Assembly: GCF_016433145.1 (NCBI RefSeq)
Contig: NC_058130.1
Coordinates: forward strand, 356,216,062-356,280,061
Reading direction: 5' to 3'
From: Gracilinanus agilis
Taxonomy: Eukaryota
DNA: 64,000 bases
Positions within the stretch are counted from its first letter, which is position 1, and each line of letters starts with the position of its first letter. A program made the translations under genes and the position numbers. The notes below the pieces were generated by a model. It did no database searches, was not told where the DNA came from, and saw only the letters and a list, made by a program, of their open reading frames with translations. This document shows, piece after piece, positions 53,035 to 64,000 of the stretch.

Positions 53035-55260
53035 GGATTATAAACAAGCAAAATTCTCAAGGGAAGAAATTCAATTTATAGCCATGTGGGAAAAAATGCT
53101 CCAAATCATTAATAATTAGAGAAATAAAAATCAAAGCAATTCTGAGGTTTCATTTCATACCCATCAGATTGGCAAAACTTACAAAAAGGGAAAATGGCAA
53201 ATACTAGAGGAGTTATGGGAAAATGGGCACAGTACTACACACTTAGTGGAACTATGAATTGGTACAATCATTATAGTAACTATGCCAAACAATAAGTGAT
53301 CAAAGGATATGAAGGCAGTTCTCAGATGAAAAAATTAAAATTCTCTAGTCATATGAAAATGCTCCAAATCTCTACTGATTAGAGAAATGCAAAATAAAAC
53401 AACTCTGAGATACCTTATGCCTATCAGATTGGCTAATATGACCCAAAAGGAAAATGATAAATGTTGGAGGGGATGTGGGAAAATTGGGACACTAATACAC
53501 TACTGATGGTACTGTAAACTGATACCATTCTAGAGATGAAACCACACCCTAAGGTTCATAAAATTATGAATACTCTTTGATTCAGAAATACCACTACTTG
53601 GTCTGTATGCCAAAAAGATCAAAGATATGAGGAAAGGACCTACATGTACAAAAATATTTTAGCAGCTTTTTTTGTAGGGGCAAAGATTTGGAAACTGAGG
53701 GGTGTCCAACTGGGAAATGACTGAACGAGTTGTGGTAGATGGTTGTAATGAAATACTATTGTGCCATAAGAAATGACGAAAAGGATGAGTTCAGAAAAAC
53801 CTGGAAAGATTTAAAAAAACTGATGCAAAATAAAATAAGCAGGACCAGGAGAACAGTGTATACAGTAACAGAAATACTGAATGATAATCAAATGTGAACT
53901 ACTCAACTATTATCAGCAAAATGAGCTTCCAAGATAACCCCCACACGAAATGTCCTCCACAGCCAAAAAGGGTACTGTTGGAGTCTGATTGCAGATCAAA
54001 ACATGCCATATTTTACTTCATTTCCTTCACAAGTTTTTTATTGTATTGTGATATATCTTATGCCATGGCATGACCAAAACAGAAATATGTACTGCATAAA
54101 AGCACTGGTATAACCTATATAAGACTACCTACCACCTTGGAGATAGAGAAGGGGGAAGGGAGAGATCTAAATCACAAAATGTCAGAAAACAATTGTCAAA
54201 AATTGTTTCTACATGTAATCAAAAATCTTTTTAATTTAAAAAAAGATATAGAAGAATAAATTTCATTTAAAGTAAGTACCCAATATATAAAGTACTTTGG
54301 GAGGTTATGTATCCAAGATATACTCTAGAACTGTAAAAATACTACTATAAAATACTCTTCATGGAAATGAAGGAGGGAAAAAGAAAGTAATTATGGAACT
54401 ATGTCCAAAAATTTCCTAAACTGTTCATACCTGTTGACCAAGTGATATTAAATCAATACCCTTAGATTTTTTAATAGAAAAAGATCCTATGTATACAAAA
54501 ATATCTATAGCAGTCCTTTTTTTGTTAGTAAAGAACTGGAAATTAAAGGGGTATCCATCAATTGGGGTTGGTGAACAAATTATAGTAGGTAAATGTAGTC
54601 AAATATTATTAGGAAAACCATTTATAACAGAGCATCAATATTGTAAGAACAACATAAAAATGTTTATGAAAGACTTCAGAATTCTGATCAATGAAATAAC
54701 CATTCGTGATTCCAAAAGGCCAATTATAAAAAATGCTGCCAGCTTCATAACAAAGAAGTCATGGACTAATAATATACAAAATGAGATACACAATTTGGGA
54801 TATGATCAATACAGGAATTTGTTTTGCTTGACTATGCTTATTTGTTTCAAAGATTTTGTATTTCTCACCACCACCACCACCACCACCACCACCCAGTAGA
54901 AAATCAGAAAGAAAAAAAAATGCTTGATAACGAGGGGAGGGGAAAAAAGGGAACATGGGGAGTGAACAGAATAACAACTTATATAAAAACAACATTGTAA
55001 AGATGAGCAACTCTAAAATTTGACAATGTAATGACCAGTCACAATGCAAAAGGAATGATAAAACATTCTACCCACTTAGAGGAGTGATGAACTCAGGATA
55101 CAAAATAAGACATTTTTTAGACATAGCCACTGTAAGAATTTGTTCCACTATGCACTTTGTTATATGGTTGGTTTGTTTTTTCAATGTGAGGGGAAAGTGA
55201 GGAGAGAAAAAAGATTTTAGGAAATTGAAATTATATATCTTTTTTTCTGAAAAGATCACT
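53035..55260 (+). mobile_element. Nested L1 3' fragments (older copy split around a second copy at ~53295-54245)
   Basis: ORF2 segment AAAATGCTCCAAATC..TTAGAGAAAT occurs at ~53095 and ~53357; first copy resumes at GGAACTATGTCCAAAAA ~54395. Confidence 0.7.
54866..54892. repeat. (CAC)9 microsatellite
   Basis: Read directly. Confidence 0.95.
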
Positions 55261-55419
55261 GGTAATTTTGCAGGGGAAAAAAGGTTACATGAAGAAGCCA
55301 GAAATTGAGGCACTAAACATAGGCAGACTTTTCAAAGAATTTATCTGAAAAGGGAAGTAGTGATCAAAGGTGAGAGCTAGCAGGAACGGTAGAGATTCAA
55401 GTAAGGTAGATTTTTTATT

Positions 55420-55590
55420 TTTTTTTTTTTTTTTTAATTCCATCTTAGAATGTTAGAAGAGGGGGGGGGGGGGGGTGTGAGTGACTTGCTCAGGGTCACA
55501 CAGCTAAGAAGTATCTGAGGCCAGATTTGAACCCAAGACCTTCCATCTCTAGGCCTGGCTCTCAATTCACTGAGCCATCTAACTGCCCCC
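55420..55590 (-). mobile_element. SINE (MAR1/SINE1_Mdo group) containing a G-run
   Basis: GTGACTTGCTCAGGGTCACACAGC...CTAACTGCCCC. Confidence 0.82.
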
Positions 55591-55989
55591 ATAGGGTAGA
55601 ATTCTGAAGGAGAACAATTAAATGTTCTGTTCTAAAAGACCATAAGAAATGTGAGGAGAAAACAAACTCTTCTCAGAAAGACTTAAAGACCAGAAGAAAC
55701 TGACATCCATAAGGCAATGAATTTAAAAAGAAAAAAAAAAAGGGATGTTAACATGTTCCTCTGATTCCCTCATTTATTTACTATAGTGAAAAATCATCAG
55801 AACACCTATTTGGAATGATTCACTATCTGCTATCTTGCAATCAAGGTAAATAGAAAGATCAAGAGTATAAGCATCATAAATCTCTTCTTTCAAGCTCCAA
55901 ATGAGATACCATTTCCTTTTCAAAGCCTTTTCTGACCCCTAACTATAAGTAACAGTTCCCTTTTTCCTCAAATCTTACATGCCATTCTT

Positions 55990-56520
55990 TCATCAGCAAC
56001 TAGGTCAACAATACTATGTGCCAGACTCTATGCCAAGAGCTGGAGATAGTTTTTAAAGACAAAAAAAAATAAAAAGTCTCTGCTCTCAGGAAGCATACAG
56101 TTGAACGGAGAGATAACACATAAATAACTGAGTATATATGAGATAGAATAAATGAGGAGAATATGAAAGAGAAAAACTTTAAGTGGGGGAGGGGGAGAGA
56201 AAACAACCCTGAAAGGTCTTGTACAGAAGGTGAGATATGAGTTGAGTCTTAAAGAAAGCCAGGGTAGACAAGAGGCCAAGGTGAGGGGGGACAGCCAGTG
56301 AAGAGGCACAGAGAAGAGAGAGAAAGTGTTGCACTGAACTACAAACAAGTCAGTTTAACTGGATTTTTTAGTCTTTGGAGGGAAGTAAAGAGGAAGAAGA
56401 CTGGAAAGGTAGAAAGGGGCCAGGTAACAGTTCTAAATGTTAAATAGAAAACGTTACAGCAGATCCTAAAAGCAACAGCAAGTCACTGGAATTTATTGAG
56501 CAAGGAGGTGACACAATTAA
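55990..56520 (-). mobile_element. L2 3' fragment
   Basis: CTATGTGCCAGACTCTATGCCAAGAGCTGGAGATA...GAGCAAGGAGGTGACAC. Confidence 0.7.
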
Positions 56521-59500
56521 TAATATTACAACTTGATTATAGTTATCAGTAAAAATATCTTATTCCTCTCCCAATGCCTCATCCCCAAATAATAGGCTTT
56601 TAAGAACTGGGGTTATCTCATTTACATCTTTGTATACCTACCACACAGCTATCACTGTGACTTACAAAGTGTTTGTTGAACATAACAAGAGTTAAATTTA
56701 CCTAGTGCTAAATTACAAAGCACTTTACATTTGATTCTCCCAACAACCCTGTGAAATAAAGTATTAGCACCATTTGACAGACAGTAAAGTGAGACCCAGA
56801 ATGTAGGCAATTTGCCCACAGTCATTCAGTTAACATAGGGTCAGGGCTGAGACTCAATCTCCTAACTCCAAATTTAGAGCTAGATTGCTCTTTCTAAATA
56901 AATGGCAATTCCTGAAACCAAAGAAAAGTTTGGGACAATTAAATAGAAAAATTTTTATGCAGCAGGTTATAAGCTTATCATTTAGGAAATGTAAAAATTA
57001 ATAAAAGTTTAGATAAACTCATTAACTATGAATTCATAATTGGATACTAAAAACAGAAAGTCAAATACTCGGTATATCTCTAGTCTTTGGGTATCATGGT
57101 CCCAATTTTTTTAAGTATTCTTGGAGAGCAAATCATTAAAAACAAAAACACAAACACTGAAAAGCAGACTGATTATTTTTGCTCATTTTCCTATCCAAAC
57201 ATGCCTGGTTCATTTGGGGGGGAGGGGAAGCCTTTGAATTGGTAACAGCATTAAGAAATGCAAAAAAAAAGTATTCATTTAAAAGCCACAGCAGTGAAAA
57301 GAAAATTGACTACATTAGAACCTATATGATTTGTATTGTATTCCTCCTTGCTCTGCATTTCCCCCAACTTCCCAGTTCCCAATTCTTATCAAAAAGATTT
57401 TATACTAATTATTGTTTTTGATAATCTTGATATGTTTTTTTAAAAATCAGGATAAGTACTAATCCTCTAAGAAATTCTGATATACCCCCAAAAAGATCAC
57501 ATTTAGAAAGTCATGGCTAGTCTTCATGAGCTTAAAACACCAACTCAATTGACAAGAATTCATATTATTCAGATTTTGCAATGAGTTAATGTCACTAGGC
57601 CTTTCTGACTTAGTCCTGCCCTTTAATCCTCAAACATCTGAAATTATAAAAGCAGAGAAAAATGGTATAAGATTAAAAAAAAAGACACAGAACAAATACT
57701 TCAATGAAACAATATTACTGGATTTCATGAATACTTTATTCAAGTGAAGTTGATAATTTCCATATTTGAAACAAATGAACAAAAAAAGAATAGATTTATT
57801 TCCCACTGAGATAGTGGTAGTTGAAAGAAAAAATGTAATACAATCCACTCCTTTGGAATTTCCTGCTATCTATAAAATAGCTCAAACCAAAAAACTTAGT
57901 ATCTTGCTGGGGTGGATTCATGAAAACTTCAAGGAAACTCTAATTCTAACAAAGCCATCCATATATGTAACTTCTTGCTATTCCTAAGTAGTATGGGCCA
58001 GATTTTTCCAGTAAATTAATGTTTTTAATCCAGTTGGGATAGGAAAGCTATGTTATTGTCTTACTGCTATTCTGTTAGAGTGTGACACAGTGAGCAAGGG
58101 CACAAGACTAGCAAGACCAGACAATGGATTTTGAGACCCAGTTGCACAACATAACAGCTGTATAACCTGGAGCAAACCACCTCATAGGGCCTCATTTACA
58201 AAAAAAAAAAATCTGTTCCATCGACCTCAAAAGTTATTCCTCCTATTACTCTATGATGATTCTACTTATATTATAACACAGATTATTAACCTGCCTTTTA
58301 ACATTCAATGTAAACACTTATTAAAACAGATTTTTCCAGCATTACCTTTTTGGCTACCATAGCTTATAACAGCACAAAGACTTCTCAAATTCAGATTTCA
58401 CAACAATATTATTACATTAGAGCCTTAAAATAAAGTTCAACTTTGTAGGGCATTCCTAATAATAGTGTAATTATACTCTTTATGGTTCAAAATTTGGGTC
58501 CTGGAATGCAAAAAAGCAAGGTGCCTCCATGTTAGGTGATCTGCATGTGTTCCGAAGCTCCATTACAATACCAAACTAAAAACTTGCATTATATGTTTAA
58601 ACAGGAAGCATTGCAGACATTCACCATTAAGAATAGTTAAATATTGTGGGCCTATCATTTCACCATTACTATTTACATGATTTTGGAAATGCTAACTATT
58701 GTAACAAGGCAAAGAAAATAAAATTTAGGCAATAATCACTGGCAAATTAAACCTTAAAATAAAAAAATGAAGAAATGTATAAGTAAATAAATGAAATGTT
58801 GGGCCAAAATAAAAACGAAAAATAAAATATTTCTGCAACAGTATATGCAAATTGATTATCTTACTACTCTCTGTAACAAAATTATCTTTTAAGACAAAAG
58901 AATTTTAACAAAGGCTAAAATATTTTGCTTCTATAATATAATAGGTTATAATTTTATTTCTGCTAAATCTTCCTAATCTTGAACTTTCTGCTTTCATAGT
59001 AAGTTCGGCTGAATTCATCTAAACTATGCCTTAAAGACAAGTTGATAAAGAAAAATCAATTTTGATTCTATTTCTAGTAATTTAAGCCAATTATTGTGTG
59101 CTACCTTAAAAAGTGCAGTAGATCAATTTGCTAACTAAATGTTATCCTGCCATCCCATGACCTAAGCACTTCATACCAACATATATTGGTTAAGAGAATA
59201 ATAATCATCTCTATTGTTTCTGTATTTGTGTAGTGCAAACCATTCTTAATATAATCTCATTTATATAATCAGTGCTTTAGAAAGAATGGATAGCCCACAT
59301 CTGCCCTCTACTTTCCCAAAAACTCTGCATAAAAAAAAAATATCAACAGTTTTTAATCTGCTCAAGAATGAACCTGATATTTCTTTCATGAAAAGTACAA
59401 TCAATCAATAATAATACTGAAAGAAGATTTTTGTATTCCCATAAGTATTTCAAGAGCCTAAACATTTAGTAGCTACCAAATATCAACTCAACAGAATAAT

Positions 59501-60446
59501 GTACTAAATAAACCTACAAGTAGATATTAACTAAATATCATCCAAATAAACAACTACTTCTAAGGAGAAAAAAACAATGGTTTTAGTTTTTTTAATTGTT
59601 TGAACATGAAGCTACAGCATGAACCAACACCTAAGATAACACAGCCCATCACTGTGTAAGCAAATGGCAAACCAAAAACTGCAAAAAATGATATGCACCC
59701 ACAGTACAAGAATGATGTTAATTCACAAACCATAACCTCAAAATTACTGACTTAACAAGGAAGAAGTGCACAGTAAAAAAGACATTGGATTTTATTTACA
59801 AGGCATGGATTGGTTTAAATATCTTTCTAGCATTGTGACCTTGGGCAAGTCACTACAACTTTAGTAACTTCAGTAGCTTTATGTAAAAAAGATGAGACAG
59901 TCTGACTAGATGATCTCTAATGTCCATTTTAGTTCTAGATTCTACCATTCAAAGCATATAAAAAATAATGGAAAACTATTTATGTCACCATCTCTTGATG
60001 GTTCCAACATTTCACAGCTGTGTGACCTTTAGGCAAGTCACCCAACTTCACTTTCCTCAATTCTAAAATGAAGGTAATAATAACCTGCCTATCTTAGAGG
60101 CCATCAGAATCAGAGTTAGAAGAGAGACACTGAAAGCAATCATGCCTAAACAATATTCCTCCATATTCAAAAAGAATCTCTGATTTTGACAACATAGATA
60201 AAGCTTGACTTTGAGAAACTCTGTCAAACACTTTGCTATAATCTAGGTTACAAATACATAATGTGAATGTATTATTATTCTAATTCAGTAATATACCCTG
60301 TTCAACAAAAGGGGAGGTGGGGCAGGGCAGAATAAGAATAGCCTACTATGATCTGTGGTCAATGAAGCCATTCTACCTCATTTGAATCAGTGCTTCTATT
60401 TCATAAATTTATTAACTTTTCTTTTAATAATGAATTCTAGAATCTT

Positions 60447-60652
60447 TTTTTTAAACCCTTACTGCCTGTCTTAGAGTCAATACATAGTAACACAGTATTG
60501 ATTCTAAAGCAAAAGAGTGGTAAGGGCTAGGCAATGGGGGTCAAGTGACTTGCCCAGGGTCACACAGATAAGAAGTCTGAGGCCAAATATGAACCCAGGA
60601 CCTCCCATCTCTGGGCCTGACTCTCTATCCACTGAGCCACTCGGCTGCCCCC
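60447..60652 (-). mobile_element. SINE (MAR1/SINE1_Mdo group)
   Basis: TSD TGAATTCTAGAATCTT at 60431-60446 and 60655-60670. Confidence 0.92.
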
Positions 60653-61284
60653 TATGAATTCTAGAATCTTATCTGGAATTTAAGTCAAGTTTCCTTGTCC
60701 TCTGCTTTACATACTCCATGTTTCTCTTCCTTTTTTTGGAAAACAGGGACCTTTGCCCTTATTGACTTCTGTGGTTTCTTTCCCATTCTCCAAACTACTT
60801 TTCAAAAGCAGTACTTGGGGGCACCACATCAGTCAGCCCTTTACTAATATTAACAACTTACACTGAAAAGTAGCCTGGCAGAGTAAGAATAAGTACCCAG
60901 GCTATCCTAATTCCAAGGCCAGACACCAAACACTTTCCAGCTGTATGATCTTGGGCAAGTATTCTAACCAATCAGGTCCCACCTTCAGCAGCTCTAAGTT
61001 ACAAATGACCTACCAATCTGGGATGGCAGAAGAAATTTTCATATAAGAAATAACAAATGTGGGAATAAAAAATAATAATAATTGTGTATGGTTTTAATGT
61101 TTACAAAGTATTTTCCTCACTATATATTTAACTTTTTTATAATATTGCCAGTATTAACAATAACAGACAGGAGAAAACATATATCTGACATAGAACATAA
61201 TAATTAGGTTCTTTTTAAGTTTACATCTGCTGAAATATTATAGGTCTGGCCATATTGTAGAATGTAAAGTCCTTCAGAGCAGTC

Positions 61285-64000
61285 AATGAGTCAGTAAGTA
61301 TTTATTAATTGTCTTTTATTTGTCAAGCACTGTGCTAAGTGCTAGAGATACAAAAAGAGGCAAAAGATAGTAGCACCAGTCTAACAGGGGAGACAACATG
61401 CAAACAAATAAATACAAAGCATATAGATATACAGAATTAAAAGGAAAGAACTAAGAGGAAAGGCATTCAAATTAAAAGAGTTGAGAAAGGTTTCCTGAAA
61501 ATGGGACTTGGGGGGAGAAAAAATTAGGGAAGCCATGATGCAAAGATGAGGAGGGAGAACATTCCGGGTACGAGGAATAGCCAGAAAAAATACCAGGAGA
61601 CAAAGATGGAATGTCTTGTTTGTGGAACAGCACGGAGGCCAGGGCCCACTACATTGATGAGTACATGGTGGGGCATAAGGTTAGGGGGCTTCCCTAGGTT
61701 ATAAACAGTTTTGAACAACAAACAGAGAATTCTGTATTTTATCCTGAAGATATGATAGGGAGCCATACAGTTTACTGAGCACAAGGGTGACATGGTCAGA
61801 ACTACCTGAATTTTAAGAAAATTACTTTGGCAACTGAGTGAAGAATGGACTAGAGGAAACAGCTAGATGGCTCACTGGATTGAGATCCAGGCCAAGGGGA
61901 TGTCATGGGTTCGAATGTGACATCAAATACTTCCTGGGCAAGTCACTTAACCCATGCCCTAGCCCAGTGATTCCCAAAGTGGGTGCTGCAGTGATCCAGG
62001 GAGGTGGTGATGGCCACAGGTGCATTTATCTTTCATATTAATTGCTATTAAAATTTAAAAAAAAATAATTTCCAGGGGGCTAAGTAATATTTTTTCTGGA
62101 AAGGGGGCATTAGGCCAAAAAAGTTTTGGAACCAATATATAGTATTGATTCTAAAATGAAAGATAAGGAAATAACGGTTAAGAATACAAAACCATCAATA
62201 AAGTACTTTCCAAATATAAAAAATAAAAGGGAAGGAAAGGGTTGATTTAAAAAATAAAAGTGACAAGTGAAGATACATGCTGGAGAGACCAATCAACAGA
62301 CTACTGCAAAAGTCCAAATGTGAAGGGGTGAGAGCCTATACCAAGGATTATGATCATATAAAAGGGAAGGGTGTGTTCTAGAAATACTGCAAACGAAGAA
62401 TTAACAGGACAGACCTTGGCAATAGATGGGATAAGGACAAGGACAGTAAGAGATAGTGAGAAAAGGAGTACTGCAAATCTAAGCAAATAGGAAAATAGTG
62501 ATACCCCAGACAATAACAAGAAAATGAGGGATGGGGAAGGTATAACACTTACTTTGCATCATGCTGAGTATGTCTGTTGGATATTTAGTTCCAAATGTCT
62601 GAAAGAAAGAGATTCAAAGTTGGGGGAGAATAGGCAAGTTTGAGAATCATCAGCATAGAGATATTAAATCCATGGGAGTTGATGAGCTCACCCAGTGAAA
62701 TAGCACAAGAGGGAGAAAAGGACCCAGGGCAGAACCTCGTGGAACTTCTAGGTTAGAGGGTGTGACCTGGATGAAAATCCAACAAAGCTGACTAGAAAGG
62801 ATCAGTCTGCCAGGCTGTAGGAAAACCAAGAATGATGTACCCAAAACCTTGAGAGAAGAAAGTTTCAAGAAGACGGTGATTGATAGTGCAAAAGGCTGCA
62901 GAGAAGTTGAAAAGAATGAAAATTGAGAAAAGGTCTCTGGATTAGGCAATTCAGAGAGCATTGCTAGAGACAGAGTTTTTGTGGAATGATAAGGTTAGAA
63001 GCTAAAAGAGTTGATTGAAAGAGTTACTGAAAGAGTTAAAAGTGAGGAGAAAGTGGAGGCACCTATTGTAGACAATCTTCTCAAGGAATTTAGTCACAAG
63101 GAACAGAAGAAACATAGGACAATAGCAGGAATGGAAAGAGCAAGTGATGAGCATGTTTGTCACACTGAGGAAGAAGCCAGCAGACAGGAAGAAACTGAAG
63201 CAGGGGACAAAATTTGTTGGAGAATACTGGATGGAACAGGAGTACATGGCCATTCATGCAATTCAAGTGTAAAGGAAGAGATGGTGGCAGAAGGCATTTG
63301 AATTATATGGGATAAGGAAGAGGAGAGGATAGATAGAGAAGAGGATAGAGAATAATAATAGAGAAGAGGAAACACCACAAATGGCATAAATTTTTTCTGT
63401 CAACTATGAGTCAAGGTTCTCAGGTGGGGGGTGGGGGGAAGGAAGCAATGAAAAGGTATGAAAAGCTGCTGTGAACAATAGGACAGTAAACTGAAAATAG
63501 AGGTATAGAAGGATTGCCTAGCAGCAGTAAGGGCCCACATTAAGGCAGTAGACTCAATGTGAACAGCTAAATGACTTTCAATTCCTTCACTGGACAGCAC
63601 ATACCTAGAAAGATAAAAGATGATGAGAAGTCACCCAAGGCTGAGGTTTCACTGGACACAATCGGCAATGTGATAAGGGCTAAGGACTCAGGAGAGTATA
63701 GAGTTGAACAGGTTCACCAAGGGGTTAAGATAGGGAAACGGAGAGTGGTCAATGCAGGAGAGAGAATTGAGAGATCATGGTTTTGGATTCCTATGTAAAG
63801 AAAGAGTAGGGTTTGGTAAGGAAGCAGAGATAGAGGTCATTATATTGTGGTTAGATAAAGAGATTTCAAAAATCCTGGTGCATAAAGGTATACTTATGGA
63901 TGAGGGCAAGATCAAGACTAGGGCCACCTCTGTGTGTGGCTGAAGTAGCATAGAAGAATAATATGTCATGAGAAATAAGTTGAAGAACTGAGTGGTTAGG
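61285..64000 (-). mobile_element. Long L2 LINE fragment including the RT region, interrupted by a SINE and MITE at ~61860-62180
   Basis: L2 3' end AGTCAGTAAGTATTTATTAA; minus-strand EVPRGSALGP (compare GVPQGSVLGP). Confidence 0.8.
61965..62134. mobile_element. hAT MITE, inverted copy of the 41365-41556 family, nested in a SINE
   Basis: CAGTGATTCCCAAAGTGGGTG...GGCCAAAAAAGTTTTGGAACCA is the reverse complement of the 41.4-kb copy with a short internal deletion. Confidence 0.87.

Noticed and set aside
63011-63301. 96-aa acidic ORF and neighbouring short ORFs
   Set aside because: Antisense read-through of purine-rich L2 sequence
1-64000. Non-retroviral endogenous viral elements, tRNA/rRNA genes, CpG island, CRISPR-like arrays
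   Set aside because: None seen; tRNA-like A/B boxes all belong to SINE heads. A translated search could still find very decayed fragments

Overview
AT-rich, CpG-poor, repeat-dense marsupial genomic DNA. The many tRNA-derived SINEs beginning GGGGCAGCTGGGTAGCTCAGTGG match opossum SINE1_Mdo, so this is Monodelphis or a related didelphid. The window is almost all intron of a large minus-strand gene. Three phase-compatible coding exons were found by eye (36989-37081, 10731-10779, 916-996); joined, they read SRGNSILSSPHSFWTVTKLAWTNETAGRLAQ-ILGLHLRSSGHRKNEG-GIFASVELEHSCYLQGHLKPYLVTFWI. I could not name the gene. The introns hold SINE1_Mdo/MAR1/MIR SINEs, L1 3' fragments (all antisense to the gene), L2, L3/CR1, RTE/BovB-like fragments, three hAT MITEs and a 7SL retrocopy. 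The most unusual element is a decayed, 3'-truncated class I-like ERV (about 12.7-16.8 kb) lying sense to the host gene. It has a ~1.05-kb LTR and a gag with gamma-type capsid, MHR and CCHC knuckle. Its N-terminus is hydrophobic and signal-peptide/TM-like rather than myristoylated, and about 450 codons of non-protease sequence follow the knuckle. Most ORFs in the supplied track are repeat-derived or chance. Repeat family names come from recalled consensus features, not a database search, and many repeat boundaries are approximate.
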